Made by a program: the position numbers and the translations under genes. From assembly GCF_000148385.1 (NCBI RefSeq), contig NC_014537.1:120001-152000 (forward strand): a DNA stretch of 32,000 bases. Direction: 5' to 3'. Shown here piece after piece: positions 25,791 through 32,000 of this stretch; position 1 is the first letter of the stretch, and each line of letters opens with the position of its first letter. Origin of the DNA: Vulcanisaeta distributa DSM 14429 (GTDB lineage: Archaea > Thermoproteota > Thermoprotei > Thermoproteales > Thermocladiaceae). The notes under the pieces were generated by a model. It was not told the origin of the DNA and did no database searches. It saw nothing but the letters and a program-made list of their open reading frames with translations.

Positions 25791-26201
25791 TCACGTGGGG
25801 CTCCCAATCGCCATCCTGAGGTAGTTAGCCAGGTTCTTAAACATGAGGATTAGCACGTACGTAGCCTCACTAGCCGGGTTCGCGCTGGATGCCCCAATCA
25901 TTGAGGCTATTAGGAAGATTATGTATATGCTCAGCCAAATGCCCAGGGCACCGCCGATTATGCGCTTATGATGCCCGAAGATCTCGTTCAGGGCGCCACT
26001 CCTCCCGAAGCTTGTTGGGTGCACTATGTACTCGACAGTGTTGTATAGTATCATGCCAATACCAATTAGGAGGGCGAGACCACCAATGGCCAGTAGTGCA
26101 TTGAATATTGGCGAGACCACGGTACTAACCACCTCATTAACGACCTGCGTCGCGTTAATCGTATTCCCGGTCTGAAGCACTATGTGTGTTATTGTGCCCA
26201 T
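25791..26201 (-). CDS. small two-TM membrane protein (VirB2/CedA1/TedC-like topology; speculative)
   Basis: Two ~25-aa hydrophobic helices separated by a basic loop (GRSG..GHHKR). ATG at 26201 is 21 nt from the TATA box. Confidence 0.6.
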   Translation of the reverse strand: MGTITHIVLQTGNTINATQVVNEVVSTVVSPIFNALLAIGGLALLIGIGMILYNTVEYIVHPTSFGRSGALNEIFGHHKRIIGGALGIWLSIYIIFLIASMIGASSANPASEATYVLILMFKNLANYLRMAIGSPT

Positions 26202-26221
26202 CAACCATATTTAATAATTGA

Positions 26222-26229
26222 CTTATAAG
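26222..26229 (-). promoter_or_regulatory. TATA box (sense CTTATAAG)
   Basis: 21 nt from ATG 26201. It overlaps the stop of the upstream gene. Confidence 0.5.
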
Positions 26230-27092
26230 GGTAATACATCGATTATCGCCTCATCGAAGACCCTGTACAGGCCGTAGCTCGCGGCAAGGGCCATGGCCAG
26301 GGCTACGTCGACGGTTACGTCGAAGGTCTGCATCACGAGGGCTTGGGAGTAGCCCTGGTCAATTATTAACTTGAGGGAGCCAGTCACGTCACTCCAGAGG
26401 TTTGAGGCCCCAAGCTGAGCCAGTGGCTTGCTTAATGAAGCCACTGTGTAGGCGCTCAGTAGTGGCCCGAGCACCGCCACAATTATGAGGAAAGCCACTA
26501 TGAAGGTGCCGAGGCTCCTGGTCTGCCTGACAATGACTAGACCAATGCCGAGGGGTAGTAGCCACCAGGCGTTGTAGGCTATTAGGTTCAGTGCGTAGAT
26601 GAAGCCTAGGTTTATTATTGTGTACGTGATCATTGTCTGGAGGTACCAGGTACTTTGCTGTAGGTACCACGATAATGGGCTTGTCACTGGGACGAGGTTC
26701 AGTGTGAGGACTGTGCCCCAGAAGGTTGCGTAGAAGCCCGTGGTCTCGTTGAAGTACCTAAACGCCGTTAGGTAGCCCCACCTCAACAGTGCCTGCGGGT
26801 CACCGGCGCTCGGTAGGTAATTGGCGAGCGTGGTACTGCCCACCGGTATTGCCGAGGCAATTTCATGCGTAAGCCAGGGTAAGAAGGAGGAACCTGGGGC
26901 TAGGAGCAATGCGTATAAGGTACCGAGCATTACGGAACCAACAACCACGTCGAGGACCTCATCAACACCCTCACGACGAACCTCTGGGGTGGGCCCATGC
27001 AGGTACTTGACAAAGCCGTGGATGAGGACTGAGGCTGCAATACTGCCAAACAGGCCAACACCGAGGATACCCAATGATGGTGAGGCACTCAT
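26223..27092 (-). CDS. polytopic (~6 TM) membrane protein (VirB6/CedA-like role is speculative)
   Basis: ATG at 27092 is 21 nt from the TATA box (the track uses TTG at 27104). Hydrophobic helices throughout. Confidence 0.7.
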   Translation of the reverse strand: MSASPSLGILGVGLFGSIAASVLIHGFVKYLHGPTPEVRREGVDEVLDVVVGSVMLGTLYALLLAPGSSFLPWLTHEIASAIPVGSTTLANYLPSAGDPQALLRWGYLTAFRYFNETTGFYATFWGTVLTLNLVPVTSPLSWYLQQSTWYLQTMITYTIINLGFIYALNLIAYNAWWLLPLGIGLVIVRQTRSLGTFIVAFLIIVAVLGPLLSAYTVASLSKPLAQLGASNLWSDVTGSLKLIIDQGYSQALVMQTFDVTVDVALAMALAASYGLYRVFDEAIIDVLPL

Positions 27093-27112
27093 CGATTTTA
27101 CCAATCAAGCGC

Positions 27113-27120
27113 CTAATAAG
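27113..27120 (-). promoter_or_regulatory. TATA box (sense CTTATTAG, preceded by CCAC)
   Basis: 21 nt from ATG 27092. Confidence 0.5.
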
Positions 27121-27124
27121 GTGG

Positions 27125-28705
27125 CTACTGCCAGCAATTCACCCTAACCTCAACACTCCCCCTCAGGTTGCTCGGTATTAGGTTCACCAGGTCCGCAACC
27201 ACGTACTGCAGAGTCTCACATACCGCGTTGGCACTGCTCTCCCTAACCGCATTTAGCATCGCCTCCACGTCATTCGAGATCAAACGCAGCGCGCCGAGGA
27301 CCTCCCCACCACTCAGTAGTTTGATTAGGGGCTTGACTATCGCCCTATCCCTCTCGTAAGCCCTAACCAACCCCAGCAATGCCTCGGCCAGGCCCGCATC
27401 ACCTAAGTAGTTAGCCAGTGAGTTCAGGGCCTCGGAGAGGGCGTCACTACCAGCCTTACTAGCTAGCCTGGCGGCTAGCATTATCGATGCCCTAGCCATT
27501 GAGTCAACCCTCCAATCCCTAGAGGCATTGGACAACTCCCTAATGACGGGGCATGTGTCATCATCGCACGTAAACTCAAAATACCTCCTAAACAACACGC
27601 CAGGGCCAGCCTCAGGAGAATCACCAACCCCAGCCTCACTGTTGGCCTCGTCACTAGCCACATTACCAACCACCGAATCACTGAACCGCACATCGCCAGT
27701 GTAAATAAGGACCTTGGCATCACCCAGCCTACCCTCATTAATCAACGCAATAACCCTCTTAACAAGGCCAAGGCCGGAATCGGCGGGCATCCCCTGGAGC
27801 CTCCTTGCCAACACCTCGAGGTCGCGGAGACTAAGCCTAAACAAAGCCCTCAGGTCTGTGGAGTTTACATCGCCACCCCTCAATAAGCCACTAATCTTGA
27901 GGACCCTAAGCCTCTTGGTAATCTCATCGTTGAGGTTATTCGCAGAACCTTGTTCCACGTTCTCACGATCAACGTTTTCGGGAGAACTCACGAAGTCACG
28001 ACGAAAGCGCTCACGATTGCTTTCGTCGTGAACTGCATTACTTCCAATATTTCCACCGTTATTGCTCAGAAGTTTTTCCACGATATTCCTAAGTTCATTG
28101 ATGAAATCGTTATTGAGTATCAACGCCCTTATGTAATTTTCGCCTGTTCGTATGTTGGCTCTTATGTACTTGCTGAATACCTTGGCGAGTTCCGTCGTGT
28201 GGAATCCCCTGCCCAACTCATCAATTAGCTTGAGCGCCTCAGCTGGGCTGTTTATTGCGTGGTCTATCACGTAGTTCTTAATGAGCTCCCTCGCAAAGTC
28301 CAACTTAATCTCCCTATCATCTCTATCCTCATGTACGTGGCATAACTCCGCCGCCAGCGCCATGACCGCAAACCTCTCTGACTCATCATAATCACCAAGG
28401 CTCCACACCATTACCCTAACCCTATCCAGCGCAGGGTGCTCCATGGATGCCACCGCCCTGTATAGGCATGTGCTCGTTAATACGTAATTACCAATGACTA
28501 TGACCGGTAGCAACGCACGCCTTTGCCTACTGTCGAGCAACCTATTCAGGTATGCATCATCGAGGAGCCTACCAACGTCACCCTCACTGCACGGGCACGG
28601 GTGCCAGGGAGGTATCCTAAACCTACTGCGGAACTCCCTAAGCGTCATCTCCTCCCTACCCTTAACGTCAAGGTCCAATGAAAGCTCTATAGCCTCAATA
28701 GCCAT
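27125..28705 (-). CDS. large hypothetical protein with a possible ParB/Srx-like N-terminal domain
   Basis: 526 aa from ATG 28705. LLPVIVIGNYVLTSTCLYRAVASMEHPALDRVRVMVW follows the ParB N-domain strand / 'GxxR..A' / strand pattern, but without the GHHR residues. It has an AT-rich, Asn-rich low-complexity middle and an Ala/Leu helical C-terminus. Confidence 0.65.
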   Translation of the reverse strand: MAIEAIELSLDLDVKGREEMTLREFRSRFRIPPWHPCPCSEGDVGRLLDDAYLNRLLDSRQRRALLPVIVIGNYVLTSTCLYRAVASMEHPALDRVRVMVWSLGDYDESERFAVMALAAELCHVHEDRDDREIKLDFARELIKNYVIDHAINSPAEALKLIDELGRGFHTTELAKVFSKYIRANIRTGENYIRALILNNDFINELRNIVEKLLSNNGGNIGSNAVHDESNRERFRRDFVSSPENVDRENVEQGSANNLNDEITKRLRVLKISGLLRGGDVNSTDLRALFRLSLRDLEVLARRLQGMPADSGLGLVKRVIALINEGRLGDAKVLIYTGDVRFSDSVVGNVASDEANSEAGVGDSPEAGPGVLFRRYFEFTCDDDTCPVIRELSNASRDWRVDSMARASIMLAARLASKAGSDALSEALNSLANYLGDAGLAEALLGLVRAYERDRAIVKPLIKLLSGGEVLGALRLISNDVEAMLNAVRESSANAVCETLQYVVADLVNLIPSNLRGSVEVRVNCWQ

Positions 28706-28726
28706 CACTAAAAAGTCAATAGGCCC

Positions 28727-28734
28727 CTTAAAAG
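28727..28734. promoter_or_regulatory. shared TATA box (CTTAAAAG) between divergent genes
   Basis: 22 nt from ATG 28705 (minus) and 20 nt from GTG 28754 (plus). The 48-bp divergent intergenic region has no other box at promoter distance; the CTTAATAAG at 28741-28749 is only ~5 nt from GTG 28754. Confidence 0.45.
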
Positions 28735-28753
28735 GCTGGGCTTAATAAGTATC

Positions 28754-29737
28754 GTGACTAGGAAGAAGACTGAATCAATTAACGAGCCCAGCGAGCTCTC
28801 CAGACTCACCGAGCTGGGCTTCTCGAGGCAGACGATCGAGCGTTTAATGAGCGTTGGCGTTAGGAGTCTCAGGCACATACTACTATTCAACGCGGAGGAG
28901 CTTCAGGAGTTACTCGGTTCGCCCGATACCGAGCTCCCCCGCCGATTAATAAACACAGCCAGGGAGCTACTTGCCGAGGCCCCGACTGCGACAACCGCTA
29001 GGGAGAGGATTGAAGCATTAAGTAAGGCACCAATTCTTAAGACCGGCGTTGATGGTTTGGATAGTGCGGTTGGTGGTTTGAGGTTTGGGGTTAGTCATGA
29101 GTTTGCCGGTGAGTTTGGGGCCGGTAAGACCATAATGGCCCTGCAGGCGGCGGTGGCGTCAATAGGCCAGTTTGGGTTTAGGGTCGTGTACATAGACACT
29201 GAGAAGACGGTTGACCAGTACCTTGGCTCTAACCTAATCAAGAACATGTGTAGCCGCTTCGGCGTTGATTACGAGAAGGTAATTAATGATTACCTCCTCA
29301 TCTACAACCCAGCCACCGTCGACGACCTAGAGGACTTCATAAAGCTGCGCCTAGCAGACCTAGTACTAAGCAACAATGCCAGGGTGATAATTGTCGACTC
29401 AATAACGGCATTGTACAGGGCGCAGTTCAGGGGCCGTGAGAGGCTTGCCGAGAGGCAGCAGCGACTGCACTACGTACTCGACTGGCTTAGGCGACTGAGT
29501 ATTAGGGCTGGAGTGCTTGTCGTCTACACGAACCAGGTAATGACCAGCCCAACAGGTTTCATAGAGGTCAAGCTGCCGGTGGGTGGGAATGTCCTAGCAC
29601 ACACAGTGAACGCTAGGTGGCTCATGACAAGGGCAAGCAAGGCAAAGAATGAGGGAGTCATGAAGGCACTCGACGTACCAGGCCTACCCCCGGGATTCGA
29701 GATAAGGTACTCAATAATGGATGACGGGCTCCACTGA
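28754..29737 (+). CDS. divergent full-length RadA/Rad51-family recombinase paralogue (HhH N-domain plus ATPase core)
   Basis: HhH-like N-terminus (LTELGFSRQTIERLMSVGVRSLRHILLFNAEELQELLG). Walker A FAGEFGAGKT, then VVYIDTE, Walker B RVIIVDSITALYRAQF, ERQQRLHYVLDWLRRL and TNQVM. Collinear with crenarchaeal RadA as I recall it, but much less similar than expected for the housekeeping copy. Confidence 0.8.
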   Translation: MTRKKTESINEPSELSRLTELGFSRQTIERLMSVGVRSLRHILLFNAEELQELLGSPDTELPRRLINTARELLAEAPTATTARERIEALSKAPILKTGVDGLDSAVGGLRFGVSHEFAGEFGAGKTIMALQAAVASIGQFGFRVVYIDTEKTVDQYLGSNLIKNMCSRFGVDYEKVINDYLLIYNPATVDDLEDFIKLRLADLVLSNNARVIIVDSITALYRAQFRGRERLAERQQRLHYVLDWLRRLSIRAGVLVVYTNQVMTSPTGFIEVKLPVGGNVLAHTVNARWLMTRASKAKNEGVMKALDVPGLPPGFEIRYSIMDDGLH

Positions 29738-29830
29738 AGCCGCTAATTAGCCATATATTAGGTTATATACCACGTATTGCCTTTGTCAAATTCTTAATGA
29801 TTAATTATAAATCATTGGTAAATTTAGAGC

Positions 29831-29838
29831 CTTATTAA
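29831..29838 (+). promoter_or_regulatory. TATA box (CTTATTAA)
   Basis: 24 nt upstream of ATG 29862. Confidence 0.45.
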
Positions 29839-29861
29839 CCCTCTCATAGGCTTATTAATTG

Positions 29862-30635
29862 ATGGGTGCTTACCCCGGTGACGCTAGGTCGAGGGGCCTT
29901 GTGGTTGTTAATGATGATGGGTTCCCCGTGGATGCGGTCAGCGGTGTTGTGCTTAGGGACTACGTGTTCGAAGGCACCGAGGAGCACCCGGCAAGGCCCG
30001 TTAGGTTTGATTATGGTAATACCGGTGTATTAGCTTCACAGAACCCTCTTAACAAGTTAATTAGGTACTTTGGGGCTGACATGGTTGTTGGTGTCAGGGA
30101 TGGCGCCGAGGCCAGGGCGAGGTTAGTTAGGGCGTTGGCTGATGAGGTTGAGGCTGTGCTTAGGGGGCATGGTATTCAATACCACAGAAGCCAGTGCGAG
30201 GCATTAGCCGAGAAGTTGCTGGGCCTTGGGGTTAAGCCCTCGATTGCGGTTAAGGTCCTAGACTGCGCCCTAGACCCCGAGTGCGATGAGTATGGGCCTG
30301 AGTTGAGGAGGCCTGTGGAGGGTGCCTTTGAGGATGTCTTCAACCAATCCCTGGGACCGAACGCCGTTGTTAAGGCCCAGATAATCACAGCCCTCAACAG
30401 GTGGTTCCTAAACGACGTGATAAGCCCAGGCGAGGTTTACGGTGAGTACCAGGAACTAAGCGCCCTGGCTAGGGCATTAGGCAGGCGAGTGTACAGGAGG
30501 AGCCTCATTAAGGCGGCAATAGCCAGCGTAATAGCCAGGGCACTGGGTATTGAGAGGGCTAGGGAGTTACTAAGGGATGTGGGTGAGGAGCAGGCAGTGG
30601 AACTACTCAGGGAGTTAAGGAGGGCGGAGGGCTAA
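29862..30635 (+). CDS. hypothetical helical protein
   Basis: 257 aa from ATG 29862 (the track uses TTG at 29859). Ala/Arg/Leu/Glu-rich. No motif recognised. Confidence 0.6.
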   Translation: MGAYPGDARSRGLVVVNDDGFPVDAVSGVVLRDYVFEGTEEHPARPVRFDYGNTGVLASQNPLNKLIRYFGADMVVGVRDGAEARARLVRALADEVEAVLRGHGIQYHRSQCEALAEKLLGLGVKPSIAVKVLDCALDPECDEYGPELRRPVEGAFEDVFNQSLGPNAVVKAQIITALNRWFLNDVISPGEVYGEYQELSALARALGRRVYRRSLIKAAIASVIARALGIERARELLRDVGEEQAVELLRELRRAEG

Positions 30636-30753
30636 GGCATGTTAAGGCAGACATCAAGCACCACCTCCCAATCGCCGTAATCTCTCCCAACCTCGATACA
30701 CGTGAATCCCCGGTTATTGGGGTCACTTAATGGCTTAATCCCATCCTTAATGC

Positions 30754-31299
30754 TCATACAACCCTAACCCCCAGCTTGGTTAGGGCGTTGTTTATGTACT
30801 GACCGGCGAGGCAGGGCCTCGGGAACCTCCAGAACGGCTTACCCACGCCGAGGGCCTCAACCTCGATTATCCCAACCAACACGGGTGTTGTGGAGGTCAT
30901 TGCCTGTATATTGAGTATTGTGTCAGCCCTTAGGTAGCCCCGATCAACGAGCCTACGGTAAGCCCTAACAACATTCGGCGCCTCAGCAACCCTCTCAATG
31001 ACCAGGGCATAGCCAGAGTCAACCAGCGAAATAAGCGACTCAGCACTCTCGGGAGGCCATATGAAGTTACCATCCCAACAAAACCCCCTCCTAACCCTAC
31101 CCCTAACAAGCACGTCACCCAAGCCTATCGGCGACTCCCTAACCTCAAACACCCTGGGGACCACGGAGGCCACAACAACCAAGCCCCTAACCACCAAGGC
31201 AACGGAGCCAAGACCCACCGGGACAGGCCTACTGGGCCTGTCAAAGCCGTAGACGAACAAATTCCTCCTCCTAATAACCCCATCCCTAAAAACCAACAT
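30754..31299 (-). CDS. hypothetical protein
   Basis: The track ORF starts at 31383, but ATG 31299 (MLVFRDGVIRRRNLFVYG...) lies 21 nt from the TATA-like box at 31320-31327, matching the local promoter geometry. Confidence 0.55.
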   Translation of the reverse strand: MLVFRDGVIRRRNLFVYGFDRPSRPVPVGLGSVALVVRGLVVVASVVPRVFEVRESPIGLGDVLVRGRVRRGFCWDGNFIWPPESAESLISLVDSGYALVIERVAEAPNVVRAYRRLVDRGYLRADTILNIQAMTSTTPVLVGIIEVEALGVGKPFWRFPRPCLAGQYINNALTKLGVRVV

Positions 31300-31319
31300 C
31301 AATAATGAGTAAGTCACCG

Positions 31320-31327
31320 ATTTAAGA
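31320..31327 (-). promoter_or_regulatory. TATA box (sense TCTTAAAT, preceded by GGCCC)
   Basis: 21 nt from ATG 31299. Confidence 0.4.
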
Positions 31328-31596
31328 GGGCCTACACACACCAACGGCCGGAGGCCCCTTGGGTTTGTATACCATGCATCCACGACTGCGGTCCTCGTTC
31401 ACGGCTCTTGGCTAGGCCGTATGGCATTGCGAGTGGGTCCACGCATTCAGTGTTACCCACCGTCCTTTGTTTGTAATGCCGTGTAACACGGGCTCGATTC
31501 TCCATGCCACATGCCCATGCTTCTTGACTGTGAACTTCGTGGCTTTTCGTGCTACACGGTTTCGTGGACCATGACACATTTAGTCCTGCGCATGGC

Positions 31597-31604
31597 CTTT
31601 TAAG
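31597..31604 (+). promoter_or_regulatory. TATA box (CTTTTAAG, preceded by GGC)
   Basis: 23 nt upstream of ATG 31627. Confidence 0.5.
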
Positions 31605-31626
31605 TCCATGTTTCCTAACCATTGAG

Positions 31627-31944
31627 ATGAGGTTTAGGAGCGTTAGGGTTAGGGAGGATGTTTATGAGGTGCTCGCTAGGCTCTCCGAAATCAATGGCAC
31701 GTCAATCAATGAGTTAATTCGGCAACTACTCACGGCTTATTTAGCCATCAACGAGATTAAGGAAATGCTTAGGCAGTGCCTTGGCCGATTAAGCATTGGC
31801 ACGGGCCTCAACGCAGTCAGTACCGAGCCCATTAAGGACTCAATTAGGGAGGTTAATGAGCCATTGATTGAATTTGAGGGTAACCCATGGGTTCGGATCA
31901 TTAGGGCTAGGGTGGTCAATGGTGAGGGTCGAGAGGGACATTGA
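31627..31944 (+). CDS. ribbon-helix-helix (CopG/antitoxin-like) DNA-binding protein
   Basis: From ATG 31627: MRFRSVRVREDVYEVLARLSEINGTSINELIRQLL, the strand-helix-helix signature of RHH proteins. The first 26 codons of the track ORF lie upstream of the promoter. Confidence 0.6.
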   Translation: MRFRSVRVREDVYEVLARLSEINGTSINELIRQLLTAYLAINEIKEMLRQCLGRLSIGTGLNAVSTEPIKDSIREVNEPLIEFEGNPWVRIIRARVVNGEGREGH

Positions 31945-32000
31945 GGGGTTGGCAGTCGAGAGGCTTAGGGCTAGGTTCCCCGGTAAGGGCAATTCATGGA
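31919..32000 (+). CDS. 5' end of an unknown gene overlapping the RHH gene by 26 nt (truncated by the window edge)
   Basis: ATG at 31919, translating as MVRVERDIEGLAVERLRARFPGKGNSW... and open to the window end. Not in the track because it has no stop. Confidence 0.35.
   Translation, partial: MVRVERDIEGLAVERLRARFPGKGNSW

Noticed and set aside
31332-31622. 96-aa minus-strand ORF
   Set aside because: It has no promoter at the right distance and similar skew-driven composition. The region is better treated as non-coding.

Overview
This is an accessory region with crenarchaeal, Thermoproteales-like features. That lineage call is an inference from three things: near-leaderless genes with a CTTAWWAG TATA box about 21 nt upstream of the ATG, a CRISPR repeat ending in ATTGAAAG, and GC-rich RNA islands in a moderate-GC background. 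From base 1 to about 28.7 kb almost every gene is on the minus strand, forming one long co-oriented cluster. In transcription order it reads: (1) a ParB-like protein; (2) a 6-TM and a 2-TM membrane protein; (3) three pilin-like or secreted proteins; (4) a TadC/FlaJ-like platform protein; (5) a FlaI/TadA/VirB11-family ATPase; (6) a ParA/MinD ATPase; (7) a TM-anchored VirB4/VirD4/HerA-type ATPase; (8) a cas-less 12-repeat CRISPR array; (9) a 1444-aa membrane and coiled-coil giant; (10) a second HerA/VirB4-type ATPase; (11) a compact XPD/Rad3-type FeS helicase; (12) a GC-rich RNA island with two C/D-box sRNA-like units and several structured repeats; (13) an AT-rich gene with a LAGLIDADG-like motif; (14) more large membrane proteins running off the left edge. 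A divergent full-length RadA-like recombinase is transcribed divergently at 28.7 kb. My best overall reading is a pilus-plus-VirB4 DNA-transfer or DNA-exchange (Ced/Ted/Ups-like, or integrated conjugative element) island with its own recombination and repair genes, an orphan CRISPR array and unusual structured RNAs. All functional calls rest on motifs read by eye; no database search was possible.
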